A stretch of DNA of 63,927 nucleotides, counting the filler, from Octopus bimaculoides (lineage: Eukaryota): assembly GCF_001194135.2 (NCBI RefSeq). It is 5 parts of 5 records of this genome, joined end to end, with 100 filler letters (N's around TTAATTAATTAA, not from the genome) between each part and the next. Parts side by side here need not be neighbours in the genome. Positions count along the whole stretch, not along the records: positions 1 to 21,599 come from NC_068984.1; 4 more parts are not named here. One strand, given 5' to 3'. Made by a program: the position numbers and the translations under genes. The notes under the pieces are model-generated. The model ran no database searches, had not been told where the DNA came from, and saw only the letters and a list, made by a program, of their open reading frames with translations. How positions within the stretch are numbered: position 1 is the first letter of the stretch; each line of letters starts with the position of its first letter. This document shows, piece by piece, positions 1 through 12,260 of the stretch.

Positions 1-110
1 CCGGATTATGGCCTCCACCTTGTTTACTACCTCGCTCCAATTCTTCTCCGTCTGTGAGTCTGAACCGAACCAGACTCCAAGCAACTTAACAGGACCATCT
101 GTCCAGTGTC

Positions 111-572
111 CAACGACACTGGACGTTAAATGTCGTAGTCGAGGGAAGAAAACCAAATTGTTATATATGCGGGGAGAGAGGTCATATGAAGACCAAATGC
201 CCTCTATATGAGTTCACACAGCCACAGCAAGAGAAAGCACAAACAGAGGAGGAAAGAATTGTAGACCACACTGAGGAAATAAAGGAGAGACAGAAGTGTG
301 AATCAGAGAAAACAAAGAAGAACAAAAATGGAGCTACTAACCCTAGAAAGCGAAGGAAAAATAAGTCAAAGGAACGGTCAACAGAAAACAAAAAAGAGAT
401 AAAAAAGCCAGAAACTAATAATGTACAAGAAGAGGAGGAGAGAACGGATAAAGATGTGAAATACAAGGGGCTTTTGATAAAGTACGAGAATTTCGAGCAG
501 ATGGAGAGAAAAGTCGAGAGGTTAGAAGAAATAATAAGAGTGAAAATGCCAGAGAAATGTGCTGAAAAATAA
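111..572 (+). mobile_element. Non-LTR retrotransposon (L1/Tx1-like) ORF1 remnant with CCHC zinc knuckle
   Basis: The frame of ORF 186-572 extends upstream as LNVVVEGRKPN-CYICGERGHMKTKC-P (CX2CX4HX4C at 159-200), followed by a K/E-rich low-complexity tail. No ORF2 follows. Confidence 0.7.
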
Positions 573-985
573 ATTTTGATACGTGAGGAAAGATGCTTCG
601 AGTGCATAAAAGAACTTGATGAAAATATAATAACGAAACGGATATGGTTGGTGGAGACACCACCCACTAGAACTGATTATTTGCAGTTGTTAAGGACGGA
701 CGTAACAATGATTAATGGAAGAAAAGTAACGCGAGTGTTTCAATTTTTTTGAGTTATAAAACCGTTAAAATGTTTACATGACGTTGAACGTAAAAGTGAA
801 AAACTGGATAAATGTAACCACCCGACTTCGGGGATCGAGTGGACATTGCGCCTCATTTTTTTCATTCTTGCACATTATCATTTTATTTTAATTACCCCGA
901 TTTTATGTTTGCGTTTTGTACTGTCTTTATGTTTTGTGATGTCTTAAAAATTCTTTGTATAGCCCTTTATGGGTAATAAAGAAAT

Positions 986-1165
986 CGGTATTTCGTCTGC
1001 CGTTACGTTCTGAGTTCAAATTCCGCCGAGGTGGACTTTGCCTTTCATCCTTTCGAGGTCGATTAAATAAGTACCAGTTATGCACTGGGTCGATGTAATC
1101 GACTTAATCCCTTTGTCTGTCCCTTCTTTTCTTAGCCCCTCCCCCGTGGGCAATAAAGAAATAAA
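986..1165 (+). mobile_element. SINE family A, 5'-truncated copy
   Basis: Contains gttctgagttcaaattccgccgaggtggactttgcctttcatcctttcgaggtcgat...ctgggtcgatgtaatcgac, shared with more than 15 other loci in the window. Confidence 0.8.
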
Positions 1166-1321
1166 TATATAAAGTACCAGTTCAGGCCAGCAGATTGACA
1201 GATTTATTCCAGCGTCGAAGGAGATGTCTCGTAGTATGTGCTTCTATTCTGTATGTTCCGTGTTCAAACCTAGTCTCTTGTCACAAGTATGTGTGTGTGT
1301 ATGTGTATACACATACATATA

Positions 1322-1560
1322 TAACGTGATCACGTGACCAACTTGACTATCAGATGTTACAAATCGCTGATCACAATCTGCTTCTCACCGTTTTAGCCTT
1401 CGAATGACTCTTCCTTGCTGGTTAGGCGATCAGGCCAATATTTCCCATCCCTGATCGAAAGAGGGTACTGGAGAAACGTGAAATGAAGTGTTTGCTGAAG
1501 AACACAACGCGCCACCTAGTCTGGGAATCGAACCCACGACCTAGCGATCACGAGTACTAC
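1322..1560 (-). mobile_element. tRNA-headed SINE (family F), degenerate
   Basis: Reverse complement has a B-box (gggttcgattccc) followed by gtgttcttcagcaaacacttcatttcacg, the same CORE-like segment as the SINEs at 10190 and 30188. Confidence 0.6.
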
Positions 1561-2260
1561 TGCCAAAACAATAGTCAGGCGTTTTCACCCCCTCTCATCG
1601 AACATACCAAAAAACAAAGTTGTAAATAAAACACCTAGTTTTATTATTTTTAACAACAAAATAGTTTTTCTTGTTATTTTGTAAACTAATATACAAAGCT
1701 GCCATGTTTATCGAGGTTCGAAGGCCGACTGAAAAACATCATAATTCAATATTGGAAGTAGCGGCTTCTTAAACTTTCGGCCAATCTCAATTTTGTCTGC
1801 ATTTTCCGGCGTTGTTTCCTGCTGCTTGTTAGTTGAATTATTTTGTATGTACAAATATTCAGTGTTGGCTTTTTTTAATTTTGTTATTTTATGGACATTA
1901 TGACGAATTGAATAATATAAGCAATTGAGTTACCTTGAATTATCTGGATTCGTGTAAAATGTATCTAGAAGCATTCTGTAATGAGAAACTGATAAACATG
2001 GGATACGATGGTCATATACGATGCGATGTTCATAAATATTTATTATGTCTACAACAAAATTGTCAAAATTTACATCTTGTAGACTTCACTTCAAAAATAT
2101 TACATATTATTATGCTTCAAGTTATTTAGTTCAATTCTTTAAATATCTGTTTTACCATTTACTTATATAACTTACCATCGAAAAATACTTTAATGTATAT
2201 GCACGCGTCCACTTTTATATATATAACAATATATATCAATATATAACGGTATTCTGCACC

Positions 2261-2333
2261 GTCGAAATAGTTAAGCTGGGAGAGCGTTAGGCTTTAAATC
2301 TAAAGATCCTTGGTTCAATTTTGGGTTTCAGTA
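2261..2333 (+). pseudogene. tRNA-Phe-derived pseudogene, anticodon positions read TTA
   Basis: 73 nt colinear with eukaryotic tRNA-Phe(GAA) (GCCGAAATAGCTCAGTTGGGAGAGCGTTAGACTGAAGATCTAAAGGTCCCTGGTTCGATCCCGGGTTTCGGCA). Anticodon stem TTAGG/TCTAA is intact; acceptor, D and T stems carry mismatches. Confidence 0.8.
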
Positions 2334-2351
2334 TGGCACCTTAGTCCTATT

Positions 2352-2575
2352 AAAAGGCGGTGAGCTGGCAGAATCGTTTGCACGCCGGGCAAAGTGCTTA
2401 GTGGCAATTCGTTCGTTTTTACGTTCTGAGTTCAAATTCCGCTCAGGTCGACCTTGCCTTTTATCCTTCGAATAAATAAAATTAGTACCAGTCGAACACT
2501 GGAGTTTACGTAATCGACTCCCCCCCGCCATCCCGAACTTGCTGACCTGGTGCCAAAATTTGAAGCAAATCTGTA
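2352..2575 (+). mobile_element. SINE family A, full-length copy
   Basis: Head aaggcggtgagctggcagaatcg (A-box-like), B-box gttcaaattcc, 3' GTCGA hairpin modules. Confidence 0.85.
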
Positions 2576-3049
2576 GTGGCATATATTATTGAAATAATTG
2601 TTATTGTTCTTCACAGTTATACCTTAATACATACATACTTACATACATACATAATCTTGAGAAATTAGGCTACTCAAAACCAGAAAGGAGAAAGCTAATT
2701 CGAAGACTACAGATCCAATCCATCACTGGAACTGTAAAAATCTGTAAAACTTTCCCAAGTTTATCATTTAAATATATATGAGCATGTATAGATATGCAAC
2801 TATATGCATGAGAATACATAAAGCAAAACATACAAGTCTACATACATACATACATAATTACATACATACAAAAATACCCTGTCGTTGCTGTTGAAATTCC
2901 AATGAAGTAACTTTGAATCTTGGTTAAAAACCCTCTCTTTCTCCATTGGCAAGAAATCTTGAAATAAAACTGAACAATGACATACATACATACATACAAA
3001 CGTGTGAGTAGAGTATGTGCGTGAGTGTGTACGTGTGTGTGTGTTCGTG

Positions 3050-3345
3050 AAGGCACGTTGCTTAGTGGTTAATGTTTTCGGCTCAAGACCGTTAGGTCGT
3101 GAGTTCGACTTCCGAAGTTGCGTTGTGTTCTTGAGAAAGATACTTTACTTCACATTGATCCAGTCCACCGAGCTTACAAAATGAGTTGTACCTGCAGCTC
3201 AACGAGTCAGCCTTGTCGCATTCAGTATGGCCCATTGAATCTCCCTAACAACAACGTTAAGTGTACGCATGTCTCTAGAGAGCTCAGTCACTTGCACGTT
3301 AATTTCACGAGGTGGCTGTTCCGTTCATTGAATCAACTCAACTCA
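3050..3345 (+). mobile_element. tRNA-derived SINE, older relative of family C
   Basis: tRNA-like head (gcttagtggttaat...gagttcgactt). The 3' part cagtcacttgcacgttaatttcacgag...gctgttccgtt matches 28205-28250. Confidence 0.7.
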
Positions 3346-4115
3346 ACTGGCCAGCTATGTATAGTCGATGAATTAATAGCAGCCATTGGAAGAGAATGCA
3401 AATACTGAACAAAATGTTTCTTGGTGTTTAACATTCCGTTGTTTTGTGTTATCAGAAGTGCTTGAACAAGAACTGTCATCAGTTTGAAAACAGGCATTTA
3501 TAAGAAATTATATTCTGTCTGTAGATTCTATTAAATTTTGAAAATGAAATGTATTTTAATAAACATCGACTTTATAATCTATCAGTGTGTGTATGCATTT
3601 TGAAACACACACACACACACTATAAAGACACGAGAATATTGATTCAGCCACCTCACAAATAACTGGGTCTAGAATTCGGTTTTGTTATCCTTAAACTTTG
3701 AGATCGCTAATTGTTTTCTATTTTGGGTTTGACTCGTCAAATTGTCACATAAAAACTGACAATCAATATATTCATTCTATTACAATCTCTTTCGAAGCAT
3801 ATCGATTTGCTACCACCACAGCAACAACAACAACAACAACAAAAACAGCAACTACCACTACTACTACTACTACTAATAATAATAATAATTTACAGTATCC
3901 AAGGGAAGAAATTTTCTTTTATATAATTGGTAGATATCGATCTAATACTTTGGCACGTTTGGTTTCAAAATATAAGAAATCACTCCTGAAAATGTAACAA
4001 TAAAAAAAAAAACGTTTCGAGAAGACTGCTTCTCATTTCTTCGAAGAAGAACCCGATCGAAATATTAAACACAGGCGCGGTCTCATGTACACTAATTCAT
4101 CTTATTTTATGAATG

Positions 4116-4322
4116 ATTCTTTCTATTATGGACACAATACTTGAAATTTTGTGGGAGGGGATAGACGATTGCACCGACCCCTGTACTCAACTGATGCTTA
4201 TTTTATCGAGCCCGAAAGGATGAAAGGTAAGTCGACTGCAGCGGAATTTGAACTCAGAACGTAAAGACGGACGAACATGTTGTTAAACTCTTTGCCAGGC
4301 GTGCTAACGATTCTGCCAGCTT
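4116..4322 (-). mobile_element. SINE family A copy
   Basis: Reverse complement of the family A consensus (ggaatttgaactcagaacgtaaagacggacg...gcgtgctaacgattctgccagc). Confidence 0.8.
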
Positions 4323-4391
4323 GAATGATGTTAACAATATTTTATTATTACAGTTCGTCAATGACTTTTTTTTCTGAATCTGGTTTTCTCT

Positions 4392-4404
<13 letters not shown>

Positions 4405-4440
<36 letters not shown>

Positions 4441-4790
4441 AAATATACATATACAACATACAATATATATGTGTGCAGATGTCTATGTGGGTACGTATGT
4501 ATGTACGTACATATGTATGTATGTATGTACGTACATATGTATGTATGTATGTAAGCACGCATGTATGTGTGCATAACATACATGCATACATGTATACACA
4601 CATACATGCATGCATACATACAAACATACATACATACATTCATCATGCATACATATACAGACACCCGCACACAGATATATATGTATGTATATACGTATGT
4701 ATATATGTATGTACGTATGAATGTATGTATGTGTGTGTACATGTATGTATATATGTATGTGTGTGTACGTGTATATATGTATGTATGTAT
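4405..4790. repeat. Compound (TA)n/(TATG)n/(CATA)n microsatellite
   Basis: Directly visible; source of the Y/I/V/C/M/H/T ORFs in the track. Confidence 0.95.
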
Positions 4791-5461
4791 TGAACATCTT
4801 CAACACCACTGCTTGCTCTCCATATAGTCACCTCCTCTCCAGCATCCTGTCTTCGTCTACAAACATAAATTCATTTTTTTAATCTCTTCCGTCTACCAGG
4901 CTAACAAAATTTTCAATTTAAAGAAACAAAGAATATGGTTTTCACACATCAAAATACTTTCATTTTCACTATCTTCTAACTATCGTTTTTATATTTCTGT
5001 GTGTGTGTGTGCACATATATATATGTACATGATTAAAATTTATTAAATATTTTAAAGTTATTTCGTTATTTGCACACACACACACATATACTCACATTTG
5101 AATCTATAGATTTTAGCCAACTCTCTCCGTAGACACACCTGTAAACCTATTGTCGTTACATACAAAAAACAAAAACAAAATCCTGGGCAGAAAAAGATCG
5201 GCTGTACTAGATGCAAACCTACAAGCCTGTCGCATGATTTCCATTAGCAATGAAACCTATATCATATGTTATACATACTGTTGCGATCAGACAAATTCTA
5301 ATGCAAGAAAAAGGGGTAAACTTCTGATCGCAACAACAGAAAGTGTCCAAACAGGGAAATTAATGTTCATAGATTGAGATTATGTCCAGTCCTCAATTGT
5401 TTAAAGGTGGGTAGTGAACGGTCCGACCCGTATACAGCTCCGTCTTTTTAACAGGAAGTCC

Positions 5462-5599
5462 ATGAGATACACTTCCTCGCTCGTTACCTATCTCGTCATG
5501 CTCACTTCCTGTATATTTACTGGTTATGCAGACCAACGTTACTTCAAGTCCGCCAAAAGGTCGTTGACAAACGTTTATCTTGCCACCTTCGAAAAATAG
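5462..5599 (+). CDS. Candidate 45-aa secreted micro-peptide ORF (unverified)
   Basis: MRYTSSLVTYLVMLTSCIFTGYA-DQRYFKSA-KR-SLTNVYLATFEK*: hydrophobic N-terminus and a dibasic site. Acceptor-like tttttaacag ends at 5454 and donor G|GTAAGA starts at 5601. No homology recognised. Confidence 0.2.
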   Translation: MRYTSSLVTYLVMLTSCIFTGYADQRYFKSAKRSLTNVYLATFEK

Positions 5600-5649
5600 G
5601 GTAAGATCTCTCCCTTCATTATATTGTAGGTATACATAACAATTATATA

Positions 5650-5790
5650 CAGTCGTTCCCAAAAGTTTGGAACATTTTTTGAAAACTTAAAATTGTTATG
5701 CCCAATATACACTCCGACTAAATATAACTTTGGTCATTTAATATAAAAATTCTAATTTTCAGACCTATGTTCCAAACTTTTGGCCACATA
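5650..5790. mobile_element. Tc1-like MITE
   Basis: TA|CAGTCGTTCCCAAAAGTTTGGAACAT at the left end, inverted atgttccaaacttttggcc at the right end. Confidence 0.6.
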
Positions 5791-6230
5791 CATCTATTAC
5801 ATATTACTTACACTTTCATTACACTAGCAGTGAGTTTTCGAGCAGCACGCCTAAGTTCTTCATGATAAATGCGTGCTCTTTCAAAGGTATCGACTTCCCC
5901 TCCTTTACCAGTTTCCTCCATCCGTGGTGATGATAAGTATTGCTCTCCCAGTTAGCCTCCCGCATTTCACAAGCCTTTAATGAGGACTTTACACAAACCT
6001 TTAAATCGCATGAGTTGTAATATGTTGGTAGCGTACTGCAGGTAAGTATATATATATATATATATATACACATACACATACATACAGACATATAAGTACC
6101 AAGTCCAATATGAACAGTAGATCCGACTCCTGGTTGTCAGCACAAGGCTATAGAGAACTCAAGGTGCCATGCAGTGGGATTGAACTCAGAAGCATGTTGT
6201 TGAATACATATACATGTGTGTGTGTGTAGA

Positions 6231-6284
<54 letters not shown>

Positions 6285-7689
6285 TATATGTGTGTGTATG
6301 TGTAATAACATGCATTCGTACATACATAGTATCAACTGAGTAACACTTGAAATGCTTTATCCTATATTAATGTAAACTAGGCTGAAGTACAGTTTCTTGT
6401 GGTTGAAATTATATCTAGAGAGTTTTGAAAATTGCTTTGTTATTTTCTGAATTGTTTTTCATTAAAGCCAAAGGTTAAACATCAATATTTTTTTTTGTCT
6501 TAACTAAAGCACACAATCTAAAATCCAAAAGCAGAAAACAAAATTAGTTTGAATATATAATAAAAACTGCAAGACAACAACATCACAATAAATTTTGGCT
6601 TACATAGATATTATCAGAAACCTAAAAGATATATAAACTACATTTTCTTCGTTTTCAGAATAGTAAAAAAAAAAAAAGGAAATCCGTCTCTTGTATTTAT
6701 TTCTGAAGCGTCTTTTCTTATAAATGCGTGTGATATTCTGAGGCTACATGCCAAATTCAGTAATCTTTAAAGAATACACAATGTTTATTACCTCTGCAAC
6801 CGACCACACCTTTTCTATCACATTTCCTTACGCTTCAGAATGCTGCAAAATAATAAAATTGCAGATGTTAGCCAACCTAAAATTTCTCAATTCCTGTTGA
6901 ATACGCTGCTATAATTAATTTCGTATATTGTCGAAAATATAAAAGAAAATATTTATCTGTTTGTAAATTTACGGGTTTTCTTCTTTCTCTATTTTACTGA
7001 AAATCATTATGAACAAATTTAGACGTAGTTTCATTGTGCAAGATCTTTGTGAAAGATTCACTCACTGATACGTTATTAGTTTCTATGCAGTGGACATATT
7101 GTAAACATTGTGTTCAGGGCTATCGTACAGATCAAGTGGTTAACCTGTTATGTTATCTCAGTCTTTCTCTCTCTCTAATGTGCGCGCACACACACACACA
7201 CACGCTCTCTCTCTCTCTCTCTTTCATGCTCTCATTTCTGTTTCACAAATTGTATCCGTGAAAGAAGTGGTTCTAAATGGATATTATTTTAAGGAAAAAA
7301 GAGGATATTATTGCCAAAAATGATCGCCTATGTAAAGACCAATCATTTTAAGGGGCAATAACTTCAGCACGGGCAAAACACAGTTGTACAAAAAATACTG
7401 GAAAATGACAGACAGACAGACAGACAGGGAGAAAGAGATGGATGGAGAGAATGAAGAACAATGACAGGAAAGAAGGAAAGATATGCAAAAGAGGAGAAAG
7501 AGAATTTTGTTTTCATTTTTTCATATTTTCCTTTTTTCTTTTTACTTAATTTAGAACTTTTCTTCAGATAACTTATTGGATTGACAAGAAACAAGATGTC
7601 TGCTTACTGAGTTTAATATGAATGAAAACAAACAAACAAACAAACAAAAACGAGCCCTATGAAATTTTTATCTCAATATCTTCTTGTTC

Positions 7690-8780
7690 AACGTTCTGAG
7701 TTCAAATTCCGCCGAGGTCGACTTTGCCTTTCACCCTTTTCGTGGTCGATAAATTAAGTACCGGTTGCGTACTGGGTTGCGTACTGCCCCCCCCCCGCAC
7801 GTCTCCAAAAATTTCGGGCCTTGTGCCAAGAATAGAAAAGAATATCTTGTTCAACTACATTTTCTCCTTCACGCTCTCCTTCTTCCTGACTTCTACATTT
7901 TACTACTACTACTACTACTAAGGTGGCCAGCTAGCAGAATCGTTAGCTGACCGGGCAAAATGCTTCTAAGTTCAAATTCTGCCAAGGTCGACTTCACTTT
8001 TCATTCTTTCGGGGTCGCTAAAATAAGTACTGGGACCGATGTAATCGACTTACCTCCTCCCCCTAACTTGCTGGCCATGTGCCAAAATTTGAAAAAAATA
8101 TTATTACCATTATTATTATCACTATTAAAGCGGCGAGCGGGCAGAATCGTTAGCACGCCGGGCGAAATTCAGAGCAAGATTTCGTCTGCCGCTACGTTCT
8201 GAGTTCAAATTCCGCCGAGGTCGGCTTTGCCTTTCATCCTTTCGGGTTTGTTAAATTAAGTACTGGGGAAACACGGAGGTCGATGTTATCGACTAGTCCC
8301 CTCCCCACAAATTTGAGGCCTTGTGCTTCCTGTAGAATCTTTAGCATGCCGAGCAAAATGTTCAGTGGTATTTCGTCTGTCGCTACGTTCTGAGTTCAAA
8401 TTTCGCCGAGTTCGACTTTACCTTTCATCCTTTCGGGGTCGATAGATTAAGTATCAGTGAAACACTGGCGTCGATGTAATCGTCTAGTCTACTTCCCCCA
8501 AATTTTAGGTCTTGTGTCTTTAGTAGAAAGGATTATTATTAGCATTATTATTATTATTAAGCTCAAATTCCGCCGGGTTTCACTTTTCTTACACTCACCT
8601 GTGTCGAATAATTGGTTTCAAACTGTGGCACAAAGCCGACAATTCTGGAGCCGAGAACAAATCGATTACGTCGATCCAGTGTTCAACTGGTGCTAGTTTT
8701 ATCGACCCCGGTGGTATTTAAACTCAGAATTTAAAATCAGATGAAATGCCGCCAATTATTTTGTCCAGCGCACTAAGATG
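7690..8780 (+). mobile_element. Head-to-tail array of about 5 family A SINE copies plus one inverted piece
   Basis: Core gttc(tg)agttcaaatt.cgcc recurs near 7693, 7968, 8196 and 8387 and partially at 8560, separated in part by (ACT)n/(ATT)n tails. The 8610-8780 piece is in minus orientation. Confidence 0.85.
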
Positions 8781-9569
8781 CTGCCAGTTCGCCGTCTTTC
8801 CCGTGTCATCAGTCAAGTATAAGTGTTGATAAAAGCAACTAATCCTCTCCCACTGCGAAAATGCTTGGCCTTTTGTCTACGTTAGAAATCATCATTTATT
8901 TATTTATCTATCTATTTATTGGCTTGTTTGTTTGTTTGTTCGCTTGCCTGCTTGTTTAATGATTACTTCACAATTTCAATGTTTAGTTTACTGTTACACG
9001 TTCAAGGCTTCAATGATCTCTGAATCTTATTTATTTATTCACTCATTCATTTCTCTGTCTTCACTATCTTCTTCTTCTTCGATTTCTCTGTCTTTTTCGC
9101 TCTTTTTCTAGTCATTTATTTTCAAAACCTACTTCTCAATTACTGGTCGTGTACTGATAGCACTAACCGTCCATTTTCTCTTCTTTAAATATTTTTCATT
9201 CACCAACATTTTAATCTTCTCTGTCAACTTTCACCTTTAAGTATACAGTAAATTGATTTACATGTTCTTTATCATTCCAAGAGCATTTATTCTTTACATT
9301 TCGTTTCATGGTATCATTTTTGAATATTGTGCAATTTTCTCTCGACTTTGTCAAACCAAATTCCATCTCGTCGCCATGTCACAGATCGACCGTCCGTCCC
9401 TTGAAATAATCATACTGAGGCCAGTTATAGATACTTTATAATGTTTAGATACTTTAGATACTTTATAATGTTTATTTCTTGAAATTGTTTGTGTACATTT
9501 AAACACAACAGGCAGTTTTTACACGCTAGACGAAGTATATATATGAATATATATATATACACACACGCG

Positions 9570-9632
<63 letters not shown>

Positions 9633-10189
9633 ATTGACTTTGAGTGGGTGTAAATAAAATAGCTGACTGGTACTTTATTTATCGAGACCGAAGAGATGAA
9701 AGGTAAATTGACCTCAGCAGGATTCGAATTCACAACATAGATAGTTAAAACAAATATAGCAAAGCGTTTATACAACGCTCTAACGATTTCTTATGTTCTT
9801 ATTATTTTATGCATTATATATTATAACATATATAATGAAACTATAGTGTCACCCATCTTACGGTAGATAATTGTGGAATCATACTGTTGCTCTCATGGGG
9901 AATATCAGTTAATATTGCATACATATATACAATAGTTATAATTTAACTTTTATAAAATTTCTTGGTGCTAGTACAAAATGGTGTAAAGAATACTAATCTT
10001 CAAAAGTAAAATTATTATAAACTTAAAATAAAATTAAATGAAACACATTTCTCATGTGTATATTTGCACTAAATACATGTTATCAATTTGCCAAATTTTA
10101 TCAGCGTGATTGCAATCTACGCCATGGAAAACATATCTCAGTGAAATTCCATTAAAAATATGTATCTTTCAGAAAGTTATAAGAATCAT

Positions 10190-10510
10190 GTGAAGGCGCA
10201 TGACTGACTGGTGAGAGCGTCGGCCTTACAATCGTGAGGTTGTGAGCTCGATTCCCGGACCAGGTTGTGTGTTGTATTCTTGAGTAAAACATTTCATTTC
10301 ATATTACTCCAGCTCTCATTCATTTGTAGAAATAAGTTACGTCACTGGTGCCAAGCTGTATATCAGCCTTTGCCTTGAGCAACATCGGTGGTGTGTATAA
10401 ATGGGCGACTGCTGGCTTTCTACAAACAACCTTGCCCGGACTCGTACCTTGGGGGTGAACTTTCTAAGTGCAATCCTAGGGTCATTCATGACCGAAGGGG
10501 TTTTTATAAG
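10190..10510 (+). mobile_element. tRNA-derived SINE (family E)
   Basis: Head gtgaaggcgcatg..ctggtgagagcgtcg, B-box gctcgattcc. Colinear with the minus copy at 30188-30522. Confidence 0.8.
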
Positions 10511-11189
10511 CATCAAAATAGGCTGATGGCTGAACAAAATGGAGTTACACCTTCGCCTCTTTCTATCGCCCCACCCCTCCTCCTCTCTCATTATATATAT
10601 AAGGAGAGACGTAAAAGTAATTTGCAGATTTACAACTCATTTCGAAAATATAATTCGAAAGAAATAAATTCTCACTATGCAATTATTTTTGCTTTTATCT
10701 TTTCTATAAGTGTCTTATTTTTTACGATACTACCGTCATAAACGACTACATCATTTCCTCCTCTGTCTCTATGATACTTTTTCTCTCACTATGTGTCTGT
10801 GTAGCGGTGATATGTTCATTGCTGCCACCAAGCCAAGTATGTGCTCTCATCCTGCACCTCCTATGCTAACTCTCTCTGTATCTCTCTTTTACCCTCTCCA
10901 ACCAACTTACCAGTCAATCAAAATTAATAACATATTGATTATTTATTTGCTTCCATTACGGCCTGCATATTGTGATGAACTACATCTACCAATATTATAA
11001 TGGATCTCCGAGCATCCAGAAACAGCTGTCGGACTTATACCACCTTATCTATTTCCCTTTAATTTTCTTTGTTGTTTGTACTCTGTGTAAGTTTGATCTA
11101 TAAATATATATATACTTATATATTCATAAATATTCATCGTCTGAAGGTCTTCAATCTTTGCTTTCTTTCTGTTTGCATGTATATATACA

Positions 11190-11228
<39 letters not shown>

Positions 11229-11579
11229 GCGCGCGTCTTGTATATCAGACCCAATCTGTTAAATTAAATTTGTTTATCGGCATGATTGCCTCCATATCTG
11301 CTCACCTTGATTTCTCTTATAACCACTCTTTACCCCATCGAATTGGTCCCTCGTAAACACCTCGGAGTCTAAGTTCGAATCATTTGGGCGTTACTTAGTT
11401 TTTTTTTCCATACTGAGAATCTCTTGATCTCATCTGTTAGCTAAATTAGAGATATAATGTATAATATTTTATAACTTTTAAACGAGGGTAAGGATGCCGA
11501 ACTAATTACGCTGTGCTATTTAGTTATCTCTCATATATTATATCATGATATTATATAATACAATACATATAATATATGC

Positions 11580-11760
11580 ATTGATGAGAGAAAATAAAAA
11601 GAGGAGGGTTGCACGGAAAGCAAGAATCCCACCGTGTCATGACTCTGTCATTATGTGTCCCAACTGTAACCGTGGATTTTATGCCAATATGGTCCTAATA
11701 AATCACCTCAGGACCCACAAAGTGTAAAGCTTCTAATCTGGTCATCCTCACAGACCTGAA
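11580..11760 (+). mobile_element. RTE-clade LINE 3' end with C2H2-like finger
   Basis: KRRVARKAR...CPNCNRGFYANMVLINHLRTH matches the RR..RK...C..C.R.F...GL.SH.RTH C-terminus typical of RTE-clade LINEs. Confidence 0.7.
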
Positions 11761-11840
11761 ATACGAACGCCATATAATATGAGATTTTGTAGCCTGGTGA
11801 GTAATGTACCGAATTAAATACATAGTGATATTTAGTTATC

Positions 11841-12260
11841 AAAAGGCGGCGTACCGGTTGAATCGTTAGCACGCCGGGCAAACTGCTTAGCGGCATTTCG
11901 TCCGTCTTCACGTTCCGAGTTCAAATTCAGCCGAGGTTGACTTTGCTTTTCGTCCTTCCAGGGTCGATAAAATAAGTAAAAGTTGAACCCTGGAGCCGAT
12001 GTAATCGATTTGACCACTCATCTGAACTTTCAAATCGATATTTGGTTATCGGAAGGCAGCGATCTGACAGAATCGTTAGCATGCCGGGCAAGATGCTTAG
12101 TAGCATTTCGTCCGTCACGAAGCTCTGAGTTTTGCCGAGGTCGAATTTTCCTTCCATCTTTTCGGGTCCGTTAAAATAAGTACCAACCGAGCACTGGGGC
12201 GAATGTAATCGACTTATCCCATCCCACCGAATTGCTGGCCTTATACCAAACTTTGCAATA
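11841..12260 (+). mobile_element. Two tandem family A SINE copies
   Basis: Heads at 11841 and ~12050, each followed by the B-box and GTCGA modules. Confidence 0.8.

Noticed and set aside
182-667. 161-aa hydrophobic minus-strand ORF
   Set aside because: Antisense shadow of the purine-rich LINE ORF1 remnant.
1690-1830. Promoter-like motif cluster (CCAAT, CCGGAAA, AAACATGGC on minus)
   Set aside because: Short motifs with no canonical spacing or supportable exon.
4254-4831. Long ORFs rich in Y/I/H/T/V/C/M (also 12.7-13.6, 17.4-17.9, 35.0-35.4 and 43.9 kb)
   Set aside because: Translations of (TA)n/(CA)n/(TATG)n microsatellites, open in several frames on both strands.
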